DNA from: an uncultured Planctomycetia bacterium
Lineage (GTDB): Bacteria; Omnitrophota; Gorgyraeia; Duberdicusellales; 4484-171
Length of the DNA: 64,000 nucleotides
Direction: 5' to 3'
Assembly: GCA_964489445.1 (NCBI GenBank)
Contig: CAZAYU010000001.1
Coordinates: forward strand, 74,717-138,716
The notes beneath the pieces are model-generated. The model was given only the letters and a program-made list of their open reading frames with translations. It ran no database searches and was not told the DNA's origin. Position numbers and translations under genes: made by a program. Within the stretch, counting starts at the first letter, position 1. Each line of letters starts with the position of its first letter. This document shows, one piece after another, positions 37,511 through 47,082 of this stretch.

Positions 37511-38503
37511 ATGAATTTCGAAAGTAGACAGCCAGATGAAATCATCCAAGATTTCAAAAATAAAATAAAACTACATTTGCCAAAGTCATTTTCCTTGCCA
37601 CTAATTGCTATCATCATTCTTGCTATCTTTATTCTTAAGGGTTCATTTTATACTATTCCACCTGATTCAGTGGGAGTGGTGTTACGTTTTGGAAAATTTG
37701 TTGGCACAACCAAACCCGGCTTACATTTCAAACTACCTTTAGGAATTGAAAAATTTACTCCGGTTAGAGTTGAAAAAATATACACTGATGAATTTGGATT
37801 TCGAACTCAGAGTGCCGGGGTTAAAACAATTTATAGCCAAAAATCATACGATGATGAATCATTAATGTTAACTTCGGATTTAAATGTTTTAGATTTAGAG
37901 TGGATTATTCAATATCGAATACGGAATCCTTTTGACGCGTTGTTTAACATTCGTGATTTATCAAAAACACTGAGAGATGTCTCTGAATCAGTAATGCGAG
38001 CGATTGTCGGAGACTACACGTTCAATGAAGTGCTCACATCTAAACGAATCGAAATAAACAATAAGGCCCAAGAAGAAATGCAGCAAATCCTTGATTTTTA
38101 TACTACTGGAATTCAAATTGTAAAAGTCAAGCTACAAGACGTAAATCCTCCAGATCCAGTTAAGTCTGCCTTCAATGAGGTAAACCAGGCAAAACAAGAA
38201 AAAGAAAAATTAATTAATCAAGCTTGGGAGATCTATAACCAAAAAATACCTCAAGCAAAAGGAGAAGCGCTAAAGAAAATTAAAGAAGCCGAAGGGTATG
38301 CTTTAGAAAAGGTTAATTGGGCCCAAGGAGACGCTGCAAGGTTTCTCTTACTTTGGGAAGAATACGCACAAGCAAAAGATGTAACAGCCAAAAGGTTGTA
38401 CTTAAATTACATGAATGAGGTTCTTCAAAAAGCAGGTAAAAAATATATTGTTGACACTAAAGAAAAAGGAATACTTCCTTTACTAAAATTACAAAATGAA
38501 TAA
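37511..38503 (+). CDS. hflK: FtsH protease modulator HflK (SPFH/band-7 domain)
   Basis: 'FYTIPPDSVGVVLRFGKFVGTTKPGLHFKLP' is the HflK N-terminal consensus. It has a single TM and an SPFH domain. Divergent from ftsH. Confidence 0.8.
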   Translation: MNFESRQPDEIIQDFKNKIKLHLPKSFSLPLIAIIILAIFILKGSFYTIPPDSVGVVLRFGKFVGTTKPGLHFKLPLGIEKFTPVRVEKIYTDEFGFRTQSAGVKTIYSQKSYDDESLMLTSDLNVLDLEWIIQYRIRNPFDALFNIRDLSKTLRDVSESVMRAIVGDYTFNEVLTSKRIEINNKAQEEMQQILDFYTTGIQIVKVKLQDVNPPDPVKSAFNEVNQAKQEKEKLINQAWEIYNQKIPQAKGEALKKIKEAEGYALEKVNWAQGDAARFLLLWEEYAQAKDVTAKRLYLNYMNEVLQKAGKKYIVDTKEKGILPLLKLQNE

Positions 38504-39473
38504 ATCAAATATCGCACTCATCACTGGAATTATTGTTGTAATCCTTATCCTAGCTGGAAATCCGTTTTACGTTCTTCCTGAGGGAACACAAGCGGTAATT
38601 ACCCAGTTTGGCGAACCTATCGGTGAATCTGTAACTAAAGCCGGCCTTCACTTAAAAATACCGTTCATCCAAAAAGTTAATTATTTCGAGAAAAGAATAC
38701 TTCCTTGGGACGGCGACCCTAATCAAATACCCACTAAAGACAAAAGATATATTTGGGTAGACACAACCGCTCGTTGGAAAATAATTGACCCGCTTAAATT
38801 TTTTAAAACAGTTTCTAACGAAAGAGGGGGACACGCTATATTAGACGGAATTATTGACGCTGCTGTACGTGATGCAATCACATCTCAAAAACTAATTGAA
38901 ATTGTCCGCTCTACAAATCGGATTATTGACAACCAAATAATCATTGAAAATGATGAAGAATTTATTGATGAGGGTGCGCTTGAAACAACTAAAACCGGCC
39001 GAGAAAAAATCAGAAAAGGAATTGTAGCCGGTGCACGAAAAGATTTAGGAGATCGCTACGGAATCGACCTCATTGACGTTCAAATCAAAAGAGTAAACTA
39101 TGTTGAAGAAGTCCAGCGGAAAGTATATGAAAGAATGATTGCTGAACGCCGAAGAGCAGCAGAAAAATACCGCTCTGAAGGAAGAGGAGTTCGAGCTGAT
39201 ATTGAAGGACGAACAGAAAAAGAATTAAAGGCTGTCCTCTCTGAAGCCTATAAAAAAGCTCAAAGCATCAAGGGAAAGGCCGACGCTACATCTACCAAGA
39301 TATACGCCGATGCCTACGGTAAAGACCTGGAATTTTATTCTTTCATGGAGACACTAAAAACATATGTCAAGACAATAGAGAAAAACACAACCATAATTTT
39401 AACTACAGAGGGCGAATATTTTAAATATTTAAACCAGCCATTTGAATCACTTCGATCCAAAGATCAAAACTAG
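38496..39473 (+). CDS. hflC: FtsH protease modulator HflC
   Basis: 'PFYVLPEGTQAVITQFGEP', 'YERMIAERRRAAEKYRSEGRG', 'FYSFMETLKTY'. Overlaps the hflK stop. Confidence 0.8.
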   Translation: MNKSNIALITGIIVVILILAGNPFYVLPEGTQAVITQFGEPIGESVTKAGLHLKIPFIQKVNYFEKRILPWDGDPNQIPTKDKRYIWVDTTARWKIIDPLKFFKTVSNERGGHAILDGIIDAAVRDAITSQKLIEIVRSTNRIIDNQIIIENDEEFIDEGALETTKTGREKIRKGIVAGARKDLGDRYGIDLIDVQIKRVNYVEEVQRKVYERMIAERRRAAEKYRSEGRGVRADIEGRTEKELKAVLSEAYKKAQSIKGKADATSTKIYADAYGKDLEFYSFMETLKTYVKTIEKNTTIILTTEGEYFKYLNQPFESLRSKDQN

Positions 39474-39560
39474 GTATAGAAATTACCTAACCATGTTGAG
39501 CGTTAAACAATCTAGAGTGTTTATACAAATAAGATTTAGAAATTCTTAAATTTAATACCC

Positions 39561-40412
39561 ATGGATTCTGCAATATTGCTGATATCTTGCCCCGATCAAA
39601 AAGGAATAACTGCTGAGGTAACCACTTTTGTTTATACGCATAACGGAAATATTGAACATGCCGACCAACATATTGACACCCATTCTAATACTTTTTTTAT
39701 GCGCATTGAATGGTCACTAAAAAACTTTGGCCTACCTAAAAATCAAATTTCCAAGAAACTTCTCTCCTTAACTAAAAAATTTAAAATGGACTGGTCTCTT
39801 TTTTTTACTGCTAAAATACCGCGAGTTGCTATATTTGCTTCGCAGTCTACACATTGTCTCTATGACTTGCTCTGGAAACAAAAACAGAATCAATTAAAAT
39901 GTGTAGTTTCACTGATTATCAGTAATCATCCTCAAATATCTTCAGTTGCTAAGAGCTTTAATGTAAAATTCGCTTATATCCCTAAAACTCTAAAAACTAA
40001 ATCAATCGCTGAAAAAAAAGAAATCGCTTTGTTACAAAAAGAAAAAATCGAGTTGATTGTTTTAGCTCGCTACGCACAAATTTTAACAAAACAGTTTGTT
40101 CAAGAGTTCCCTAATAAAATTATCAACATTCATCACTCATTTCTTCCGGCATTCATTGGCCAAAACCCCTATCAACAAGCCTATAGACGTGGGGTAAAAA
40201 TTATTGGAGCTACCAGCCATTATGTCACTGAAAAATTAGATGATGGACCAATTATCGAGCAAGACATCGTAAGAATAAGCCATCGCCGTTGTTTGGCTGA
40301 TTTAAAAATTGAAGGACAAGAATTAGAAAGAATAGTCTTAAGCCGGGCTGTCCGCTGGCATTTAGAACGAAAATTGCTTACCTACAAAAATAAAACAGTA
40401 GTCTTTGATTAA
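39561..40412 (+). CDS. purU: Formyltetrahydrofolate deformylase
   Basis: N-terminal ACT domain ('AILLISCPDQKGITAEVTTFV') plus a formyltransferase domain ('NIHHSFLPAFIG', 'GATSHYVTEKLDDGPII'). Confidence 0.85.
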   Translation: MDSAILLISCPDQKGITAEVTTFVYTHNGNIEHADQHIDTHSNTFFMRIEWSLKNFGLPKNQISKKLLSLTKKFKMDWSLFFTAKIPRVAIFASQSTHCLYDLLWKQKQNQLKCVVSLIISNHPQISSVAKSFNVKFAYIPKTLKTKSIAEKKEIALLQKEKIELIVLARYAQILTKQFVQEFPNKIINIHHSFLPAFIGQNPYQQAYRRGVKIIGATSHYVTEKLDDGPIIEQDIVRISHRRCLADLKIEGQELERIVLSRAVRWHLERKLLTYKNKTVVFD

Positions 40413-40478
40413 ACTGTTGCACAAAGCAGATATTCATGTTAGATTATCTGTCTGTAGTTCAATAAGGAGTAGCTATAA

Positions 40479-41771
40479 ATGAAAAAATGTACAAGTTTTC
40501 TCTTGAGTGTTGTGGGGCTGGTCGGTATTCTAACCGGTTGCACACCAAGCAACAAAACAAATGAGGACATTGTTGTTTGGCATTGGATGAACGACCGTCA
40601 AACCGCTTTTCTAAAACTTGCCGAACAATACAAAGAGGAAAACGGAATTAATGTAACTTTTAAGTTATTTTCCCCTCCCGATATCTATTCGCAGAAAGTA
40701 ATCGCGGCAGCCAGAGCTGGAAATTTACCAGATATTTTTGGTATCCTGGGAGAGAAAAAAACTATTTCTTCCTTTGTTAAAGCTGGACACATTTTAAACC
40801 TGACTCCTTATATACAAGAAAATAATCGCAAATGGCAAAATAGCTTTTACCCTCAGGCACTAAATGTAACTGAGTTTAAAAACAAAAATTCATACGAAGC
40901 ACCTGAAGGATTTTACGGAATCCCCATTGACATGACTGTGGTAGAGTTTTTATATAACAAAGAACTATTTAAAAAAGCCGGATTAGACCCTAATAAACCA
41001 CCAAGTAGTTTTGAACAATTTATTGACTATGCAAAAATAATAAAAGACAAGCTATCTGTTGACGGATTTACCTGCGGATGGGGCGAAGGGTGGTTAATCA
41101 ACGCCATTGCAATAGAATGGGCTATAAATTTAATGGGAGAAGAAAAGTTCTTGCAGACAATTAAAGGCGAAGTGCCCTACACTGACGCGCAATGGATAGA
41201 AGTATTCTCGTTATTTGAAAAAATAAAAAATGCAAACATTCTCTCTTCAAATATTACCACAATGATCAATAAAGAAGCAGAAGATTCTTTTTCTAAGAAC
41301 CAAGCTGTCTTTTCCTTCAATGGAAGCTGGTCAATCAACGTTTATAAGCAATTAGCACCTGATTTACAATACGCTTTCTTCCCATTACCAGAAATATCAA
41401 AAAAATTTCCGGTTAAAATATGGGGAGGAGCAGGATCATCGTTTATGGTTAACGCTCATTCAAAAAAGACAGAAAAAGTAGTTTCTTTCTTAAAATGGTT
41501 GACATCACCCAAACAACAAAAATTTCTTGTCAAAGAAACTAACAATCTCCCAGCAATTAAAGGCTGCACAAAAGAATTGTCTCCCGTCATGCTTTCGTTG
41601 GTGGATGATTTTGGAATACTTACCCACAGGAATATTTGGCCATACAATGAAAGCTCTCCAGTAATCGAAGTTACGATCAAAAGCTTACAGCAAATTATTA
41701 TGGGGTTAAAGACACCACAAGAGGCAGCTCTAGACATACAGTCCGTAAAGGAAAGGGAAATGCGTAAATGA
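40479..41771 (+). CDS. ABC transporter substrate-binding lipoprotein (family 1, carbohydrate type)
   Basis: Lipobox 'ILTGC↓TPS'. About 400 aa of periplasmic SBP with a 'W…GG…' sugar-SBP pattern. Followed by two MalFG-type permeases. Confidence 0.8.
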   Translation: MKKCTSFLLSVVGLVGILTGCTPSNKTNEDIVVWHWMNDRQTAFLKLAEQYKEENGINVTFKLFSPPDIYSQKVIAAARAGNLPDIFGILGEKKTISSFVKAGHILNLTPYIQENNRKWQNSFYPQALNVTEFKNKNSYEAPEGFYGIPIDMTVVEFLYNKELFKKAGLDPNKPPSSFEQFIDYAKIIKDKLSVDGFTCGWGEGWLINAIAIEWAINLMGEEKFLQTIKGEVPYTDAQWIEVFSLFEKIKNANILSSNITTMINKEAEDSFSKNQAVFSFNGSWSINVYKQLAPDLQYAFFPLPEISKKFPVKIWGGAGSSFMVNAHSKKTEKVVSFLKWLTSPKQQKFLVKETNNLPAIKGCTKELSPVMLSLVDDFGILTHRNIWPYNESSPVIEVTIKSLQQIIMGLKTPQEAALDIQSVKEREMRK

Positions 41772-42661
41772 ACGAATATACACTAAAAGACAAAAGTGTA
41801 AATTTTGCATTTATTTTACCAGCCTTCTTAATATTTGCCATATTCTATCTTTACCCTTTTTTCTACTCATTTATACTAAGCTTTCAACGCGGAGACGGAA
41901 TTTATTTATCTAAATTCATCGGGTTAGCTAATTTCAAGGAAGTTATTCTATATGATAAAGCCTGGTGGAAATCAATGTACAACGCAGGATTTATTACTTT
42001 CTGGGCGTTAACTTTTCAAAACATACTCGCATTTACATTAGCATTGGGAGTGGATAAAGCAATTAAAACCGGTAAAATTTATCGGGTAGTTTTTTTTATC
42101 CTTCCTGTGCTTTCCGAGATAATTATCGGTTTATTAATGAGAGAGCTACTTATCTCTAACCCGGGTATTCTTAACCAATGGTTGGAAAAGATAAATTTAG
42201 GCTTTATCGCCCAAGACTGGCTGGGGAAAAATAGCGTTTTGTTAACAACTGCTTTGGTCCATTGTTGGAAAGGATTTGGGTGGGCATTCATTATTTTTCT
42301 AGCTGGATTACAAACTGTCCCGGAACAATTATATGAAGCTTCAAAAATAGACGGAGCCAACCCTTGGCAAACTTTCTGCAATATTACTTTACCTCTTTTA
42401 ATGCCAGTTGTGTCTCTAGTTATAGTGCTTACACTTCTGGGAACAATGCAAGCTTTTGCCATGATTCTAGCTTTAACCAGAGGTGCAGGAGGCTTAACCG
42501 AGGTTCCGGTGATGAGAATATACAACCATCTGCGAGGAAGCCAGGTAGGATTAGCTTGCGCCGAAGGAATAGTTCTTGGAGCTATGCTTGTGGCAGTATC
42601 ATTCGGAATGTTTAATGTCTCTAAATGGATAAGGAGTCGTTGGGGTGTATTACCGCGCTAA
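41768..42661 (+). CDS. Carbohydrate ABC transporter permease (MalF/UgpA-like)
   Basis: 6 TM. EAA-loop region 'EASKIDGANPWQTFCNITLPLL'. Confidence 0.8.
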   Translation: MNEYTLKDKSVNFAFILPAFLIFAIFYLYPFFYSFILSFQRGDGIYLSKFIGLANFKEVILYDKAWWKSMYNAGFITFWALTFQNILAFTLALGVDKAIKTGKIYRVVFFILPVLSEIIIGLLMRELLISNPGILNQWLEKINLGFIAQDWLGKNSVLLTTALVHCWKGFGWAFIIFLAGLQTVPEQLYEASKIDGANPWQTFCNITLPLLMPVVSLVIVLTLLGTMQAFAMILALTRGAGGLTEVPVMRIYNHLRGSQVGLACAEGIVLGAMLVAVSFGMFNVSKWIRSRWGVLPR

Positions 42662-43481
42662 AAAAATTATATTTCTGGTTATTCTGCATACTTTGTTATT
42701 AAGCGTAGCGTTAAGCTGCGTCGGTCCGTTATTTTGGATGATTAACGCTTCATTTAAGACCGAAGGAGAGTTTCGCCAAGACCATGGATTAAAGGTTGCT
42801 TCTTCTCTTAATTGGAAAAATTATAAAAAAGCAATTACCGAAGGAAAATTGGGATTTTATTTTTTAAATAGTGTATTTTACACTTTTGTTACAGTATCTT
42901 TGATAGTTATCGTTTCCTCTTTAGCTGCTTTTGCTTTTTCCCGTTTAAATTTTCCCGGAAAAAATATTATATTCTTTATGTTCTTGACGGCGATGATGAT
43001 CCCGCTTCCTGCCGGATTTGTGCCAGTTTACATTCTTCTTAATAAACTTCATCTGGTAAATCGCACTGGGTATATTATGGCAATGTCCAATATGGGGCTT
43101 TCTTTGAGTATTTATCTTTTAAAGACTTTTTTTGACCAACTTCCTCGTGATCTTGAAGACGCGGCTAAAATCGACGGATGCAATAAATTACAAATTTGGT
43201 GGAACGTCGGTCTACCACTAGTTGCCCCAGCTCTTGCTGTTGTAATTATTTTTAACTCTCTTACCGTCTGGAATGAATTTGTTCTTGCTTCCTTGATGTT
43301 TACTGACAACAGCATGATGCCTCTTCAAGTCGGCTTAATGGATTTTTACAACCAAAATATCATCCAACACACTCTATTGATGGCCTCTTTGGCTATTGCC
43401 GCTGTACCGATCATTATGCTTTACTTACGAATGCAAAAACAAATAATTAAAGGCATAACTGCAGGAGCAATGGTCGGATAA
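42645..43481 (+). CDS. Carbohydrate ABC transporter permease (MalG/UgpE-like)
   Basis: 6 TM. EAA loop 'DLEDAAKIDGCNKLQIWWNVGLPL'. Confidence 0.8.
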   Translation: MYYRAKKIIFLVILHTLLLSVALSCVGPLFWMINASFKTEGEFRQDHGLKVASSLNWKNYKKAITEGKLGFYFLNSVFYTFVTVSLIVIVSSLAAFAFSRLNFPGKNIIFFMFLTAMMIPLPAGFVPVYILLNKLHLVNRTGYIMAMSNMGLSLSIYLLKTFFDQLPRDLEDAAKIDGCNKLQIWWNVGLPLVAPALAVVIIFNSLTVWNEFVLASLMFTDNSMMPLQVGLMDFYNQNIIQHTLLMASLAIAAVPIIMLYLRMQKQIIKGITAGAMVG

Positions 43482-43490
43482 ATAAAAAAA

Positions 43491-45821
43491 ATGAAAACAC
43501 AAAAAAATAAAAATAGAAATAGTGTGAGAAAAGCAACGATATTACTTATTTTTTGTTGGCTGACAATTGGAACGGTTTTTTCCGAAGATGCATCAGACTA
43601 TGTAAACAAAGGATGGGCCATCTTAGGAGAACGACAGTTTAGCGATGTTTATAAAATCACAGATTCATGTATTTCTGAATTTTCCGAGATTGCTAATGCA
43701 TCTGCAAAATCATTAAACAACTTCCCCTCAAAGGGAGAAGAAGATAAGTACAGGATAATGAACAATGTAGCAACTTGTTATTTCATCAAAGGAGAAGCGC
43801 TAATGCGCGATGGGAAAATAAACGAAGCCAAAGATGTATTTAAAAAGGTGATAGCTGCGTACCCTTTCGCTCAAAGCTTTGATCCTCGTGGATGGTATTG
43901 GTCGATCAAAGAAAAGTCAGAGATAACTTTAAATAAACTAGAAACCGGAGAAGTAAGGGAAGACAATGACACACTAGACAAAACAACAATCACTAAGGTA
44001 ACTCTTTATGATAAGGGAACAGAATTTCCGGTTAAATACTCTGAATACGGAAAATTTACTAATATAGGAACAGAAAATTATAAATATATAGTAGAGGACC
44101 CAATTAAACTATCTAAAGCTATTGGGGAAGGAATATACCCAAACACTTCTTCCATAAAATTTGATCCGGAATATATCAAATTAAAAAGAAAATTATTTAA
44201 GATTAATCACTGGGAAATACTAAACTCTCGTGACTTAAACACAGCTTTTTACAAATGGAATGTAGCTTCGGAACCTCCAGCCGTAAAACAATTTTATATC
44301 GCCGAGATTCTAGAGAAAAGCGGATTAATAAAACAGGCAATTAAAGCATACTATGCAATATTAGTTCATTTTCCTGATAGCTATAGCTGGACATATTGGC
44401 ATACACCGTGGTACGTCGGTAAGGCTTCCCTGTACCGGATAAAATATTTACTAAAAAAATACCCTAAACTAGGACTTAAATTAGAAAATGCAAAAATAAA
44501 GATTATCAATGGCTACGACAACAATGTCCGGAATGACAAATTTATTGTAAACCCTGGTATCTTAAAAAAAGTTTCTCTTAAAGATAAACTTGCCAGTGCT
44601 TACAATAATTTAACTTGCTCAAAGATGTGCAGTGATAGAAAAAATAAAACAAGGAAAATTAAGGAAACAGAAGGAAAATCTGTGAAGCTCGTCGAATACC
44701 AAAACGGAAACTGGCAGTTACTCGTTAATAATAAGCCTTTCATAATTAAAGGAATTACTTATGGTCCAACTCGTGTTGGAGAATCACCAGATGAAGGAAC
44801 TATGCAAAACTGGTCAACGCAAGATTTAAATAACAATGGCATAATTGACTCTCCATATGAAAGTTGGGTTGATGAAAATAAAAATAACGTAAAGGATGAA
44901 AATGAGAAAATTGTAGGTGATTTTTATCTTCTTAACGACATGGGGGTCAATACCTTACGTCTCTATCACCAACCATTTGAGTTAAATCAAAAAATTATTC
45001 GACAAATGCATGCAAAATATGGTATATATATAATAATAGGCGATTTTTTAGGAAAATACGCTATCGGAAGTAAAGCGGGCTGGGAAAAAGGAACAGATTA
45101 CGATAACCCCGAACATCAAAAAAATATGATAGAAAGCGTAAAAAAAATGGTTGAGGATTTTAAAGACGAACCTTACGTTTTAATGTGGCTTCTGGGAAAT
45201 GAAAATGTTTATGGATTGGGTTGCAACGCTGATAAAAAGCCAGAAAGTTTTTTTAAATTCGCCAACAAAGTTGCTTCCTTAATTAAAACTCTGGATCCAC
45301 AAAAAAGACCAGTTGCTATCTCCTCTGGAGATATTTTATACTTAGATATTTTTGCAAAAAATTGTCCGGACATCGACATATTCGGAACTAATGCATATCG
45401 AGGGCAATACGGCTTTTTAGATATCTGGGATGAAGTAAAAGAGGCTACAGGAAAACCAGCAATGCTTACCGAATACGGAGCCCCTTCTTACGCTAGAGGA
45501 TACACCCTGGAAGAAGCTGAAAAATATCAAGCCAATTATCATGAAGCTTGTTGGCAAGATATTGTCTGTAACTCTTCTGGCTATGGTGCAGGAAATGCTA
45601 TTGGCGGAATTGCATTTGAATGGGTTGATGAATGGTGGAAGGCCTATGAGCCTGCCCACCATGATAAAAAAGGATTATTTACTGGTCCTTTTTTAGATGG
45701 GTATATGCATGAGGAATGGCTAGGAGTGTGCAGTCAAGGGGAGGGAAACGAATCTCCTTACCTGCGCCAGCTTAAAGATTCTTATTTTACTTACAAACGG
45801 CTTTGGAACGAAAATGATTAA
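43491..45821 (+). CDS. Secreted TPR-like N-terminal domain fused to a glycoside-hydrolase family-2-type TIM-barrel domain (putative glycosidase)
   Basis: N-terminal signal/TM. The C-terminal half has 'NTLRLYHQP' (cf. GH2 NxxRxSHYP), 'MWLLGNENVYG' (cf. LacZ WSLGNESG acid/base), 'MLTEYGAPSY' (cf. nucleophile xEYAHAMG) and 'FEWVDEWWK'. Confidence 0.5.
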   Translation: MKTQKNKNRNSVRKATILLIFCWLTIGTVFSEDASDYVNKGWAILGERQFSDVYKITDSCISEFSEIANASAKSLNNFPSKGEEDKYRIMNNVATCYFIKGEALMRDGKINEAKDVFKKVIAAYPFAQSFDPRGWYWSIKEKSEITLNKLETGEVREDNDTLDKTTITKVTLYDKGTEFPVKYSEYGKFTNIGTENYKYIVEDPIKLSKAIGEGIYPNTSSIKFDPEYIKLKRKLFKINHWEILNSRDLNTAFYKWNVASEPPAVKQFYIAEILEKSGLIKQAIKAYYAILVHFPDSYSWTYWHTPWYVGKASLYRIKYLLKKYPKLGLKLENAKIKIINGYDNNVRNDKFIVNPGILKKVSLKDKLASAYNNLTCSKMCSDRKNKTRKIKETEGKSVKLVEYQNGNWQLLVNNKPFIIKGITYGPTRVGESPDEGTMQNWSTQDLNNNGIIDSPYESWVDENKNNVKDENEKIVGDFYLLNDMGVNTLRLYHQPFELNQKIIRQMHAKYGIYIIIGDFLGKYAIGSKAGWEKGTDYDNPEHQKNMIESVKKMVEDFKDEPYVLMWLLGNENVYGLGCNADKKPESFFKFANKVASLIKTLDPQKRPVAISSGDILYLDIFAKNCPDIDIFGTNAYRGQYGFLDIWDEVKEATGKPAMLTEYGAPSYARGYTLEEAEKYQANYHEACWQDIVCNSSGYGAGNAIGGIAFEWVDEWWKAYEPAHHDKKGLFTGPFLDGYMHEEWLGVCSQGEGNESPYLRQLKDSYFTYKRLWNEND

Positions 45822-45844
45822 CAGTATAAATAAAGGAGGTTTAC

Positions 45845-47038
45845 ATGCGTAAGCTAAGCGGCTTAACTATCACTGTGTGTGCATTTGCATTTCTCTTGGT
45901 TAGCGGAATTTCTTTCTCCGCTGTATGCCAGGATGTTGAAGACTTTTATGTCTATTCTGATAAAAATTCTCCTTCGAACCATTTTATTCCTAGTGGATGG
46001 ATGGGTGATAATAATGACCTTCAATTTAACGACCAGGCAACCAACGAAGCATCTTCCGGGGCAACTTCTATAAAGATAGTCTACACTGCTAAAAAATCAC
46101 AAAATAATGGTTGGGCCGGAATTTATTGGCAATCTTCTCAAAATAACTGGGGTGGAAGGGATAGCGGTTTTGACTTGAGCAACTACAATGAGTTAACTTT
46201 TATGGCTAAAGGTGCCGAAGGCGGAGAAGTAATCACTAAAATAAAAGTAGGTGGAATTACCTCCAACGCAGTTACCGGCGAACCAGTAGCATTTCCCGAC
46301 ACTGTCAATGTAGAAATTGACCCTATAAAACTAACTAACGACTGGCAAGAATATTCGATTAATCTAGCCGACAAAGACCTAACCAATGTTAATGGAGGAT
46401 TAGCTATCATTTTTAATGCAGATCAGGCAAACGGAAAGCAAACAGTTTACCTAGATGATATTAAATACACCTACATTGCTGATCTAAAAAAGAAAGAGTC
46501 TGCGGTAAATTTCCCTTTTTACGTATACGCAGACAGCGGATCCCTAGACAATCATTTTACCCCTAGCGGATGGATGCCAACAACTGCGGCTAGAGATTTA
46601 CGAATGGATACTAATTGGAAGAATTACCCATTTAGTGGAGATACCTGCATGAGAGTTGAATACAAGAATGACTCTGGAACACGTTGGGCCGGAATTTATT
46701 GGCAGAATCCAGCAAACAACTGGGGAACTATCCCTGGCGTAGGATTCGATCTTCAAGGAGCAGACAAAATTACCTTTTGGGCGCGTGGCGACAAGGGTGG
46801 AGAAATAATCACTGAATTTAAAATTGGTGGCATTGCTAGCGGTGAACATATTGATTCTGACTCTGCGAGCATCGGCCCTGTTCAATTAACAAAAGAATGG
46901 ACAAAATACGAAATTGATTTACGTGGACGCGATCTTTCCTATATTATTGGAGGATTTTGTTGGGCTACTAACATTGATGTAAACGACCCTGAGGGAATAG
47001 TATTCTACTTAGACGAGCTTAAATACGTAAAAGAATAG
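45845..47038 (+). CDS. Secreted protein made of two tandem ~170-aa β-sandwich carbohydrate-binding-like repeats
   Basis: Signal peptide. Repeat 1 'NHFIPSGWMGD…WAGIYWQSSQNNWGG…GFDLSNYNELTFMAKGAEGGEVITKIKVGGI'. Repeat 2 'NHFTPSGWMPT…WAGIYWQNPANNWGT…GFDLQGADKITFWARGDKGGEIITEFKIGGI'. Confidence 0.45.
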   Translation: MRKLSGLTITVCAFAFLLVSGISFSAVCQDVEDFYVYSDKNSPSNHFIPSGWMGDNNDLQFNDQATNEASSGATSIKIVYTAKKSQNNGWAGIYWQSSQNNWGGRDSGFDLSNYNELTFMAKGAEGGEVITKIKVGGITSNAVTGEPVAFPDTVNVEIDPIKLTNDWQEYSINLADKDLTNVNGGLAIIFNADQANGKQTVYLDDIKYTYIADLKKKESAVNFPFYVYADSGSLDNHFTPSGWMPTTAARDLRMDTNWKNYPFSGDTCMRVEYKNDSGTRWAGIYWQNPANNWGTIPGVGFDLQGADKITFWARGDKGGEIITEFKIGGIASGEHIDSDSASIGPVQLTKEWTKYEIDLRGRDLSYIIGGFCWATNIDVNDPEGIVFYLDELKYVKE

Positions 47039-47082
47039 TTGTAGAAAAATAATCTTTTACATCACAAAAAGCACATAAATAA

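Noticed and set aside
42079-42615. 148-aa minus and 83-aa plus alternative-frame ORFs inside the MalF-like permease gene
   Set aside because: They lie wholly within a well-supported 6-TM permease gene and have no motifs.
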